The notes under the pieces: generated by a model
Seen by the model: the letters and a program-made list of their open reading frames with translations, nothing else
What the model was told of the DNA's origin: nothing
Databases searched by the model: none
Shown: positions 24,086 through 32,853 of the stretch, one piece after another
Layout: each line of letters starts with the position of its first letter
Numbering within the stretch: position 1 is the first letter of the stretch
NCBI GenBank assembly: GCA_964383445.1
Contig: CAYLGU010000001.1
Span: 4,492-45,006 of the forward strand
DNA from: an uncultured Candidatus Saccharibacteria bacterium
GTDB taxonomy: Bacteria > Patescibacteriota > Saccharimonadia > Saccharimonadales > Saccharimonadaceae
DNA: 40,515 bases
Direction of reading: 5' to 3'
Translations under genes and position numbers: made by a program

Positions 24086-25093
24086 CTATTGAACTTTTTG
24101 GCTCGCGCGCAAAGCATTGATACCTAGCTGTTTTTTGATGAATTGGATTTGAGGAGAATATGTCGCTTCGGCATGAAGATCAATGGCGGAGACGACTTGA
24201 TCGTTAAAGATATTGGGAAGCGAACCATAAGCATACTCATACTCTTCGCTCGCCATGCGTCTGGCATGGTCAAAAAACGGAAGCAGCTTGTCTATCTGGG
24301 TTTTAGAAGTCTTGACGGTATTTTCGGCAAGATGAGAGTCAAAATCTTGCGAGCTTAACCGAGAACGCAAATATTCCTGCATAAGCTCGGCTTGATGATG
24401 GAGCTCGTGAACAACAGACAGGCGCATAAGCTGAGATTTACGATCGTATTCGTCTTGCTCGGGGCCAGTCAACCTAGCTCCCCGGTCAATTTTGCTGGAA
24501 AAGCGCACAACATCAGCAGCCAAGTCATCGTTGACGCCAACGACAAAGCGAGGCAAAGTAGGAATACTGTCGTTGCTTAATCCTAAATCTTGCTCGGCGT
24601 GGCGAGGATCTTTGTTTGTAAAGTATTTTTCAGTAGCAACGCCCAAAACTTTAGTGCCGTGACGCGGCCAGGCAAATTTATTTGAAAGCCCTTCCGTATC
24701 CGTGTTAAAAGTAACGTCCAAAGCAAAGGGAACGGGCTGATCTTTGGTAAATTTATTGTCTGCAAAACAAATTATGTCGGTATGATTGGCGTAGTCATCG
24801 AATTCGCTCGGAAGAAAAGACAAGAGGCCAAATTGCTCTTCGCCGGTGGTTTCGTCTTCTCCGGCGTAATTACCGAGCCAATCGTTACGGTAGATTTGGT
24901 CGTAAATAGTATACTCCAAGACTGCAGCCGGCGGTAATTCGCGGCGAGAATCAATAATGTTTTTGGAATTCTTGTAGCTGGCGATTCTCTGCCAATCTTT
25001 TTGGGCAGACGCAGAATCGAAATCCGCCAACTGCGGGCGGCGTTGCTCGATAATTTCTCGGATATTTGTAGGGTTTTTTAGCTTCTCGCTCAT
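24086..25093 (-). CDS. cytoplasmic protein of unknown function (contains HELHH)
   Basis: 335-aa ORF with no TM helix or signal peptide. The only motif noticed is VVHELHHQAE (HExxH). No family recognised. Confidence 0.65.
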   Translation of the reverse strand: MSEKLKNPTNIREIIEQRRPQLADFDSASAQKDWQRIASYKNSKNIIDSRRELPPAAVLEYTIYDQIYRNDWLGNYAGEDETTGEEQFGLLSFLPSEFDDYANHTDIICFADNKFTKDQPVPFALDVTFNTDTEGLSNKFAWPRHGTKVLGVATEKYFTNKDPRHAEQDLGLSNDSIPTLPRFVVGVNDDLAADVVRFSSKIDRGARLTGPEQDEYDRKSQLMRLSVVHELHHQAELMQEYLRSRLSSQDFDSHLAENTVKTSKTQIDKLLPFFDHARRMASEEYEYAYGSLPNIFNDQVVSAIDLHAEATYSPQIQFIKKQLGINALRASQKVQ

Positions 25094-25100
25094 GTTTGTT

Positions 25101-25109
25101 ATTTTAGCA
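25101..25109 (-). promoter_or_regulatory. extended -10 TGCTAAAAT, 7 nt upstream of ATG 25093
   Basis: Minus strand reads tgctaaaat-aacaaac-ATG. It sits immediately downstream of a terminator hairpin. Confidence 0.45.
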
Positions 25110-25110
25110 T

Positions 25111-25139
25111 AGAAAAACCCCGCTTGTACTCAAGCGGGG
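25111..25139 (-). terminator. intrinsic terminator
   Basis: Minus strand reads ccccgctt-gagtac-aagcgggg-ttttt. The stop codon of the upstream ORF lies inside the stem. Confidence 0.65.
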
Positions 25140-25495
25140 TGACTTTGCCCTTTGGGGCGGCGAGCGCTGGGGAGAAATTCCTCCAATATATATCTCAAAG
25201 AGGAAATAATACCAGACTCATGATAATGCCTACCGAAACTAACGGCGAAATGGGCTATCCCCTTCCGGAGAAGATCCTGGTTGGTCATAATAGCAAGATG
25301 GCCATCGGAAGATTGGTCAGTTTTGGCCAACAATAGGTCGATATCAAGTTTTGCGGGAATATAGTAGATCGGATCAAACAGAAGGACTATCCGGTGAGGA
25401 TGCCCCTCTAATACGTCCATGGCTTTGAAGCCTGGCTCCTTAAGCTTACTCGAGAATGAAACAGGATGCTGCGCTATAAACTCAGAAACTGTCAA
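25130..25495 (-). CDS. hypothetical protein
   Basis: 121 aa with a TTG start, preceded by AGGAGGGGG 5 nt upstream. No family recognised. Confidence 0.5.
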   Translation of the reverse strand: MTVSEFIAQHPVSFSSKLKEPGFKAMDVLEGHPHRIVLLFDPIYYIPAKLDIDLLLAKTDQSSDGHLAIMTNQDLLRKGIAHFAVSFGRHYHESGIISSLRYILEEFLPSARRPKGQSHPA

Positions 25496-25567
25496 AGTTA
25501 CCCCCTCCTTTTGCTCCTAAGGCAAAAAATATAAAAAACTTATGAGTAAATCACTACATACTCTTTT

Positions 25568-25596
25568 ATTGTAGCATACTTTATTAAAAAAGTCAA
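25568..25596 (-). promoter_or_regulatory. promoter TTGACT-17-TACAAT with a ~65-nt leader (SD-led gene, in contrast to the leaderless class)
   Basis: Minus strand reads ttgact-tttttaataaagtatgc-tacaat. Confidence 0.5.
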
Positions 25597-25625
25597 TACA
25601 TGGGGCCTAAAAAATTGCAGGTCTT

Positions 25626-27143
25626 TTATTTGGCGTATTCGATTGCGCGAGTTTCGCGGACGACGTTGACCTTAATGACGCCTGGATATTGCATGGTTGC
25701 CTCAATTTTGTTGGCGATGTCGCGAGCAAGCCGGAGAGCGGAAAGGTCGTCGATTTGCTTAGGTTCGACAACGACGCGGATTTCGCGACCAGCAGAAATG
25801 GCATAGGCTTTGTCGATGCCTGGGAAGCTAGTGGCGATATTCTCGAGGTCACGCATGCGTTCGGCAAAGTTTTCGGCCGAAACGTTGCGAGCACCGGGAC
25901 GGGCAGCAGAGATCGCGTCAACAATCTTGACAATGATAGCCTCTGGGGTAGTTGGCTCAACGTCGTCATGGTGAGCGGCGATAGCATGGACGATGGGCTC
26001 GGGCATGCCATACTTTTTGGCGAGTTCGGCACCAATATCGGCGTGTTTGCCTTCTATTTTATGCGTAACGGCCTTGCCCATGTCGTGGAGCAAAGTCGCG
26101 GTCTTTGTAATGCGCTTGTCGGCACCGATTTCCTCGGCAATCATGCCGGCGATATGTGCCATTTCAATTGAATGCAGGAGAACGTTCTGGCCATAGCTAG
26201 TGCGGAATTTAAGCTCGCCTAGCAAATGGATGATTTCGCGGGGGATGCCGACAACGCCCACTTCCCTGGCGGCATCTTCACCGGCACGTACGACTTCTTT
26301 TTCGATTTCTTTTTCAGCTTTAGCAACGGCATCTTCGATACTGGACGGGTTGATACGGCCGTCTTTCATGAGGCGCTCTAAGGCATAACGGGCGACTTGG
26401 CGACGGATAGGGTCAAAGGAGGACAAGACGACCATGCCCGGAGTATCATCAACCATGACATCAACACCGGTAGCGCGCTGCAAGGCTTGGATATTACGGC
26501 CTTCTTTGCCGATAATGCGGCCTTTCATTTCGTCATCTGGGAGCTTGAGGGCGGTAATAGTGCGATCAGCGGTAACTTCGGAGGACATACGCTCCATGGC
26601 GGTCAAAAGCATCGATTCAGCAGTTTCATCGACGTTGTCGGCAAGAGCTTTTTGCTCTTTGATGACGAGATTGACGAGGTCGGCCTTGATATCGCGCTCG
26701 GTCATGGCTATAAGCTTCTCTTTGGCATCAGTTTTGGATAGGCCGGCGATTTTTTCGAGCTTTTCTTGAGCCTTGGTGCGGATGTTGCGAATCTCATTTT
26801 TTAAATCTTCGATTTCGGACTCTTGCTTGCGTAAATTCTCGGATTTTTTATCTAGTTGGTCGAGCTTTTTATCTAAACTTGTTTCGCGCTCAACAAGGCG
26901 GTCTTCGGTTTTTTTCCAGTCACGACGACGCGCATTCTCTTCGTTGCGAGCCTTATCGCCAATCTCAGACGCTTCTTTTTTGGCCGCCAAAACGATGTCT
27001 GAGGCTTCGTTTTTAGCTTTTTTGACTAGATTCTCGGCTTTGTTTTTTCCGCCATTTTCTTTTTTCTTGTTGTAAGCGTGCACGCCTCCAGCGCCAGCGC
27101 CAACGCCAATAATGGCCGCGATGACGATTCCTAATAGCTCCAT
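25626..27143 (-). CDS. rny: ribonuclease Y
   Basis: N-terminal TM helix, coiled-coil region, KH domain (KGRIIGKEGRNIQAL) and HD domain (LLHDMGKA...HH). A TGCTATAAT box on the minus strand at 27232..27240 gives a leader of ~80 nt. Confidence 0.95.
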   Translation of the reverse strand: MELLGIVIAAIIGVGAGAGGVHAYNKKKENGGKNKAENLVKKAKNEASDIVLAAKKEASEIGDKARNEENARRRDWKKTEDRLVERETSLDKKLDQLDKKSENLRKQESEIEDLKNEIRNIRTKAQEKLEKIAGLSKTDAKEKLIAMTERDIKADLVNLVIKEQKALADNVDETAESMLLTAMERMSSEVTADRTITALKLPDDEMKGRIIGKEGRNIQALQRATGVDVMVDDTPGMVVLSSFDPIRRQVARYALERLMKDGRINPSSIEDAVAKAEKEIEKEVVRAGEDAAREVGVVGIPREIIHLLGELKFRTSYGQNVLLHSIEMAHIAGMIAEEIGADKRITKTATLLHDMGKAVTHKIEGKHADIGAELAKKYGMPEPIVHAIAAHHDDVEPTTPEAIIVKIVDAISAARPGARNVSAENFAERMRDLENIATSFPGIDKAYAISAGREIRVVVEPKQIDDLSALRLARDIANKIEATMQYPGVIKVNVVRETRAIEYAK

Positions 27144-27254
27144 ATGTCCTCTTTCTTTTGTTTTTTGCCCTTATTTTTCTCTATAAAGGTGAGTTTAACA
27201 AATATATATCAAAATTTAATTTCTGCTAGTTATTATAGCATATTTTGAAGGTTT

Positions 27255-27587
27255 TTATTTTTTTGCCTGAGTAATGTTAGCGGGTCGACCATAATCTGGG
27301 ACAATGAGCCGGTGACGTGCGCCGCGATGGTCGTAGAGGGGGATTTTTAGCTGATCGGAGAGGGTATTAACCACAGTAGCACCGATACGCAAGCCGGTAA
27401 AAGAGCCTGGGCCAGAGAAAAAATGGATTTCGCTAATATCCTGCCAAGTGGCTCCGTTGAGCTGGAGTTTGTCGTGGATAAATTTTAAGAGATCTTTTGC
27501 CAAATTGCGGTCGGATTGCCACGAATAGCTTTGGTCGCCCACCTCCAGTAGTGTGGTTGGAGTAGAGGTATCAAGATAGATTTTCAT
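27255..27587 (-). CDS. tsaB: TsaB-like protein, N-terminal half only (110 aa)
   Basis: MKIYLDTSTP...FFSGPGSFTGLRIGATVVNTL matches the TsaB/YeaZ N-terminal domain. The ORF ends after ~110 aa. ATGA overlap with tsaE. Confidence 0.7.
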   Translation of the reverse strand: MKIYLDTSTPTTLLEVGDQSYSWQSDRNLAKDLLKFIHDKLQLNGATWQDISEIHFFSGPGSFTGLRIGATVVNTLSDQLKIPLYDHRGARHRLIVPDYGRPANITQAKK

Positions 27588-27997
27588 TTGACGAGCTCCA
27601 CGGTGCGGCTAGAATCGGTATTTTTTGTGATGATGATTTTGGCATGGGTAGCGGGCAAAATATTAGCGACAGATTCTCCCCATTCGATAACGACAAAGTT
27701 ACTGGCGTCAGAGATGGCTTCGGCGAGCTCGTCCCGCATAATGCCCGGGTCGCTCAAGCGGTAAAAGTCATAATGCGCGAGGTTTTTGGGTGAAGCGGCA
27801 TAAAAGTTGGATATAGAAAAGGACGGAGAGGTGATATTTTCCTTGACACCGAGAGACTGTGCGATACCTTTTGCGATGGTGGTTTTGCCGGCACCGACAT
27901 CGCCGATTAGTTCCACGACACGCAGGTCGCCCAGTTCGCCCACGATATCTTTGCCGATTTTTATCATATCGGCAGTGTCTTTGCTCTTGTATTTCAT
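27584..27997 (-). CDS. tsaE: tRNA t6A37 biosynthesis ATPase TsaE
   Basis: LIGDVGAGKTTIAKGIAQSLGV...SPSFSI...HYDFYRL. Confidence 0.85.
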   Translation of the reverse strand: MKYKSKDTADMIKIGKDIVGELGDLRVVELIGDVGAGKTTIAKGIAQSLGVKENITSPSFSISNFYAASPKNLAHYDFYRLSDPGIMRDELAEAISDASNFVVIEWGESVANILPATHAKIIITKNTDSSRTVELVK

Positions 27998-28002
27998 TTG
28001 TT

Positions 28003-29448
28003 TTATTGTAGCATATTAACTTGCATAAAGCGGTATTTTGTGGATTTATAACAGTGATACAGCGCCCCAATAAGCGCTATGTAGATAGCGAATACGAACG
28101 GGTTGCCGCTCGGAATTTCAACATAAGCCCAAGAGATATTAGAAAAATAATCCACAACAAAGATATGGAAAGACAATAACTGCTCGGCACAAAAGCCGAA
28201 AACTTGTGGCAAGACAGGCAGGAAGAAAGACGCGGCCGCAAAAAGAGCTAGAAGCATGACAAGAGAAATACTGGGCAGCACTAGAACATTGGCGAATAAA
28301 CTGAGGGCCGACATTGAGCCAAAATAAAATAAAATTAGCGGCAGACAGCAAATTTGCGCCGAAAGCGTCTCAATGACAGTGCTAGCAAGAAAATTTGACT
28401 TTTGTTGTCCATAAAAATAGCGAGTAAAGATCGGCGATACGATCATGACGCCGACGAAGCTACCAAAAGACAAGAGCCAGCCTAGATGCTGGACGTAGTT
28501 AGGGTTAAATAGAAGTGTCGTGCCGGCTGCGAGCAGAATTAGCTTGATTGGATGAAATTTGCGGCCAAAAAACCAAGCGACTAGGCCCGCCAAGGATACC
28601 GCTCCCGCTCGAAGCATACTAGGAGAGAAGCCCACGATAGCCATAAAGAGCAAGATTAATAAAGCGCCAAAAAGGAGAGCGGCAAATCGAGAGATTTTAG
28701 CGAATATCTTGCGCATGGCATTCGCAATAATAAATAGATTGTAGCCGGAGGCTACTACGATATGCGTAAGCCCGACTATGCGCAGGTTTTCTTCTAGGTT
28801 GCTGGGGAGGGATTTCTTTTGACCGACTAAATAGCCGAGAGCCAGGTCCACCTGAGGAGCGGGGATGCTTATCCTGAGTTTTTCGGCGAAAAAATCTCTA
28901 ACGGCAAGTGCTGGGCTAGAGTAGGTTGGCATTTCTAAACTTAGCAATTCGGGACGTTGCATGCTGGCAACAAAATACGCGAAACTGTCTGAGAGTTTGC
29001 CTTTGAGTTTGACTTTTTGGTAGCGCTGGAAGTTCTCTGTACTGGAGAGCTTGACATACATTGTCCCGCGGACTTTTTGGGTACCAGTGATTTCTAAATT
29101 GTCTAAATAAAGTATTACAGTAGAGCCGTCGATGTCGGGATCTTCACAAATAATGCCGCTGAGCTCTACGGTTTGGCCAGAGAGAGTTTTGAAATAATCT
29201 CGGCCGACAAATTCAAGACCTAGTCGGAACGTGCCGAGAATAACGCCGGCCAAGAACGAGAAGACAAAGAAAGCCAGACGGTTGTTTGAAAAGTTAATTG
29301 CTAAGAAAGCGAGCGCGACTAGCAACCAAATCGGAGAAAGGTGTATAAATTTTCCAGTAAAAGATTCTAAAGCGATAGAAAGGACTAGACCCGCAGCGAA
29401 AATTGGCAGGATAAATGATAGATGTATTTTGCGAGATAGATACGGCAT
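28003..29448 (-). CDS. comEC: ComEC/Rec2 DNA-uptake channel protein, short form without a metallo-beta-lactamase domain
   Basis: 481 aa. An N-terminal TM region and OB-like segment (VELSGIICEDPDIDGSTVILYL) are followed by a polytopic competence domain (GLTHIVVASGYNLFII...). The ORF ends directly after the membrane domain. Confidence 0.8.
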   Translation of the reverse strand: MPYLSRKIHLSFILPIFAAGLVLSIALESFTGKFIHLSPIWLLVALAFLAINFSNNRLAFFVFSFLAGVILGTFRLGLEFVGRDYFKTLSGQTVELSGIICEDPDIDGSTVILYLDNLEITGTQKVRGTMYVKLSSTENFQRYQKVKLKGKLSDSFAYFVASMQRPELLSLEMPTYSSPALAVRDFFAEKLRISIPAPQVDLALGYLVGQKKSLPSNLEENLRIVGLTHIVVASGYNLFIIANAMRKIFAKISRFAALLFGALLILLFMAIVGFSPSMLRAGAVSLAGLVAWFFGRKFHPIKLILLAAGTTLLFNPNYVQHLGWLLSFGSFVGVMIVSPIFTRYFYGQQKSNFLASTVIETLSAQICCLPLILFYFGSMSALSLFANVLVLPSISLVMLLALFAAASFFLPVLPQVFGFCAEQLLSFHIFVVDYFSNISWAYVEIPSGNPFVFAIYIALIGALYHCYKSTKYRFMQVNMLQ

Positions 29449-29509
29449 AGACTGCCAGTACTATGCATAACATAGCATCGACACTACAAGCATAAACACC
29501 TTGTTTTGA

Positions 29510-29518
29510 TGATATAAT
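29510..29518 (+). promoter_or_regulatory. extended -10 TGATATAAT, 6 nt upstream of ATG 29525
   Basis: Sequence tgatataat-ataaaa-ATG. No SD is present. Confidence 0.45.
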
Positions 29519-29524
29519 ATAAAA

Positions 29525-31399
29525 ATGCAAAGAGTAAAAGAATTTTGGCTAAAAAACAAACGACAACTTTTAACAAATTTTTTAGTTTTAGCTTTCGCGG
29601 CAATATTTTTGACTTGGTTTTTGGAATACCGCTATTTCATAAATAATGCGAGTGACACTTGGGTTTTTGTATTCGAAAGGCCATTAGTGTTTTGGTACAA
29701 CAGTTTTTTGGTGTGGCTAATACTGCTATTTTTGACCGCACTAACTCGCCGTCCGCTAATTTCTTTTAGCGTGCTGTGGTCACTAATCATAATACTGACC
29801 TATATCCATATAAATAAATTTAGTGCCCGCGGCTTCCCTTTGTTGCCAGAGGATTTTATGTTGGCCGGAGAGGCAACTAGTTTGGCGAAATTCATCGATG
29901 TCTGGGGAATGGTTGCTTTGGTTTTAGGGGTGATTTTGACCTGGGTTTTGGGAGCAATTTTGCAAAAATGGTTCGGCAAATACCTAAAGCTAGAACGAGC
30001 AACAAAATCTGAGCAAAGCTTTATCAAGAAACATGCGCTGATTTCTCGAGGCATATTGCTCGCTTTATCCGTCATGGTTTTCTTGGGAGCAACGGATTTC
30101 GTGCGCAATCATAAAGGGCAAAGATACGAAGATATCACTTGGTTGAATTCGCAACTAGTGGCGTGGAATCAGGTGAGAAATTATAACTATAACGGTTTCG
30201 TGTTAGGCTTTTTATATAATTGGCAAAAATTTAAGCTCACTGAGCCTGCGGATTACAGCGAGGAAAGGGTGGGGGAAATTCGCGATACTTACGAAAAATT
30301 AGCGAAGCAAAAAAATAAGAATCGCTTGGATTTATCCGAAGAAGCGATCGACGTTGTGGTGATTTTGAACGAATCATTTTTTGACCCAGCCGTAGAATTC
30401 CAGGGGGAAAGTTTTGAAAATTATTACCCGCATGAAGGCGGAGAGATTTTACCAACACTGCGTTATGTTCAGGCAAACTATCCAAGCGGCTATATGTACT
30501 CTACGGACTACGGCGGAGGTACGGCGAATATAGAGTTCGAGGTACTGACCGGTATGACGAATTATTTCACAAATACGGTGCCCTACACGGACTTGATCCC
30601 GCGTGCCGGAAGCGTAGATTCTTTGGCTTCATACTTGAATACGCAAGGTTACGCATCAACGGCAATTCACCCCTTTAATGGCTCCATGTATAAGCGTAAT
30701 ATTGTGCTCGAAAAATTTGGTTTTAGCAACTTTATTACCGAACTGGAAATGGACTATACGGACAAAGAAGGTAGTGCGGAATATATAAACGACCGTTCGG
30801 CATATCGACAAACGTTAGACGTATTGGGTCAGGAAGGAAAGCAGTTTGTAACGCTCATAACGATGCAAAACCATTTGCCCTACAATCATGATATCTACGA
30901 AGAGACTGACTTTAGCGTCACGAGCGACAATTTAGATGACGGTAAAAAACAAGAAATTGCCGTTTATTACCAAATGCTGCACAACTCAGATAAGTACTTG
31001 GGGGAATTCATCCAGGCGTTGGACGCGTCTGACAAAAAGACTGCTGTATTATTTTTCGGCGATCACTCGGCGGGAATTTTCGAATTAACAAATGGCCACG
31101 AGGATAAAAAAGTTCGCGATCTATCGAGGCTGACACCTTACTTTGTGTACACGAATTTTGAAACGGAGAAACAAGAGCTGCCAATGACGACGCCCAACTG
31201 CCTGAGCAATACTTTGCTTGATGTTATTGGTGCGCAAAAACCAAAAATTAATTACCTGCTCGACGCTATCTGTGCTGAGGCGCCGATTTTGACAAACACT
31301 TGGCTGGACGAAGCGGGCGCCGTGGACAGTGAGGCGCTAAAAAATTACGAAATGATAATTTACGACGTGCTTGGCGGTAAAAAGTATTGGCAGAATTAG
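29525..31399 (+). CDS. LtaS-family (sulfatase / alkaline-phosphatase superfamily) membrane enzyme
   Basis: About five N-terminal TM helices precede an extracytoplasmic domain with VVVILNESFFDP, GGGTANIEFEVLTG (nucleophile Thr region) and FFGDHS. Confidence 0.8.
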   Translation: MQRVKEFWLKNKRQLLTNFLVLAFAAIFLTWFLEYRYFINNASDTWVFVFERPLVFWYNSFLVWLILLFLTALTRRPLISFSVLWSLIIILTYIHINKFSARGFPLLPEDFMLAGEATSLAKFIDVWGMVALVLGVILTWVLGAILQKWFGKYLKLERATKSEQSFIKKHALISRGILLALSVMVFLGATDFVRNHKGQRYEDITWLNSQLVAWNQVRNYNYNGFVLGFLYNWQKFKLTEPADYSEERVGEIRDTYEKLAKQKNKNRLDLSEEAIDVVVILNESFFDPAVEFQGESFENYYPHEGGEILPTLRYVQANYPSGYMYSTDYGGGTANIEFEVLTGMTNYFTNTVPYTDLIPRAGSVDSLASYLNTQGYASTAIHPFNGSMYKRNIVLEKFGFSNFITELEMDYTDKEGSAEYINDRSAYRQTLDVLGQEGKQFVTLITMQNHLPYNHDIYEETDFSVTSDNLDDGKKQEIAVYYQMLHNSDKYLGEFIQALDASDKKTAVLFFGDHSAGIFELTNGHEDKKVRDLSRLTPYFVYTNFETEKQELPMTTPNCLSNTLLDVIGAQKPKINYLLDAICAEAPILTNTWLDEAGAVDSEALKNYEMIIYDVLGGKKYWQN

Positions 31400-31400
31400 T

Positions 31401-32816
31401 TTAGCTTTTTGGGAAAAGCGGCGTTTCTGGAGGGATAATTTCTTTGGCTGAAAAAATGTCGAAGATCTTTTCGGCAGTAGAAGGCAGGAATATCTGGAGT
31501 AATTTATTGCAGGCAAGTAAATCTTGAACGATTTCATGCAAAACGGACTGAGCTTGCTCTGGCTGAGTCTTGGCGAGAGCCCAAGGTTTTTGTTCGTCAA
31601 TCTTTTTATTAATCGCCTGGATAGCAAGCCAAAGCGTATTGATTGCCTCTGTTAACCTAAAGTTCGCCATATAAGCCTCAAAATCTTTTATGTCGGGCTT
31701 AATTGCATCGATGTCTTGCATTCCTACGACGGCGTTTTTGGCACACATAGTAGCGAGTCGCTGGACGAGATTGCCGAGATCATTGGCGAGTTCATTGTAA
31801 GCAGAATCGTATTTCTCCCAACTGAAATCTGAATCCTCTAAGTTGGAAATATGGCGCAAGAAGAAATAGCGAAATGGATCTACACCGTATTTAGCGATAA
31901 CTTCGGTCGGGTCGATGACGTTGCCAATTGATTTTGACATCTTTTCGCCACTGGCGGTAATGTAGCCATGGGTAAGTAGAAGCTTCGGCAGAGGTAAGCC
32001 TAAACCGAGCAGGATAGCCGGCCAAATTCCAGCATGAAAACGCAAAATATCTTTGCCGACAACCTGAATGTCAGCTGGCCACCAGTCGGAAATGTCTTGT
32101 TCTGGATATCCGAGAACCGTAATGTAGTTAGAAAGAGCGTCTAGCCAAACATACATAACTTGGCTGTCGTCGCCTGGCACAGGAACGCCCCAGGAAAGCT
32201 GCTTTTTGGGCCGGGAAATTGAAACATCAGGCATATCGACGAGCAGGTTCAAGAACTCTCGTTTGCGCGAATCCGGAACAATGCGCATTTCGTCAGTTTC
32301 GATAGCGTTTTTGATTTTATCTTTAAAATCGGAGATACGGAGATAATAATTTTCCTCGCTGAGTTTAGCGTAGGGTTTTTGGTGATCAGGGCAAATTCCC
32401 TGGTTCGACTCGTATTCTTTGTCGGTGGTAAAACTTTCGCAGCCTTCACAGTACCAGCCCTCGTAGCTACTTTTGTAAATATGATTTTCTAGTTTTTGCC
32501 AAATTGCTTGACAGCGCTCTTCATGCTTTGGGTCGGTCGTGCGAATAAAATCCGTATATTCGACGTTGAGTAGATGAATAAAATCTTGAAACTTTTGAGC
32601 GTTTTGGTCCACAAAATCCTGAACAGACATCCCAGAATCGAGGGCTTTTTGATAGACTTTGTTGCCGTGCTCGTCCGTACCCGCCTGAAAACGTACGGAT
32701 TCACCGAGCGTTTTATAATAGCGCGCACAAACATCAGCAATGAGGTAATCCATGGCATGACCAATATGGGGTTGGCCGTTGACATACGGTATAGCAGTTG
32801 TGATATATTTTGACAT
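31401..32816 (-). CDS. metG: methionine--tRNA ligase (short form without the C-terminal tRNA-binding domain)
   Basis: HIGH motif PHIGHAMDY, zinc knuckle CEGCESF...CPDH, and KMSKS. Confidence 0.95.
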   Translation of the reverse strand: MSKYITTAIPYVNGQPHIGHAMDYLIADVCARYYKTLGESVRFQAGTDEHGNKVYQKALDSGMSVQDFVDQNAQKFQDFIHLLNVEYTDFIRTTDPKHEERCQAIWQKLENHIYKSSYEGWYCEGCESFTTDKEYESNQGICPDHQKPYAKLSEENYYLRISDFKDKIKNAIETDEMRIVPDSRKREFLNLLVDMPDVSISRPKKQLSWGVPVPGDDSQVMYVWLDALSNYITVLGYPEQDISDWWPADIQVVGKDILRFHAGIWPAILLGLGLPLPKLLLTHGYITASGEKMSKSIGNVIDPTEVIAKYGVDPFRYFFLRHISNLEDSDFSWEKYDSAYNELANDLGNLVQRLATMCAKNAVVGMQDIDAIKPDIKDFEAYMANFRLTEAINTLWLAIQAINKKIDEQKPWALAKTQPEQAQSVLHEIVQDLLACNKLLQIFLPSTAEKIFDIFSAKEIIPPETPLFPKS

Positions 32817-32822
32817 GCTTAT

Positions 32823-32831
32823 ATTTTAGCA
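32823..32831 (-). promoter_or_regulatory. extended -10 TGCTAAAAT, 6 nt upstream of the metG ATG
   Basis: Minus strand reads tgctaaaat-ataagc-ATG(32816). No SD is present. Confidence 0.5.
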
Positions 32832-32853
32832 TATCTAACTGATTGAGGCTAAG

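Noticed and set aside
25689-27075. A series of + strand ORFs (25689..26171, 26397..26741, 26434..26769, 26773..27075) and the - strand alternative-frame ORF 25607..26035.
   Set aside because: All overlap the well-supported rny gene, either antisense or in another frame, and have no recognisable motifs. They are shadow ORFs.
31397-31403. A 1-nt gap between the convergent stops of the LtaS-like gene and metG, considered as a possible regulatory feature.
   Set aside because: It is probably just genome compaction. No hairpin or conserved element can fit there, and nothing beyond the tight spacing is observable.
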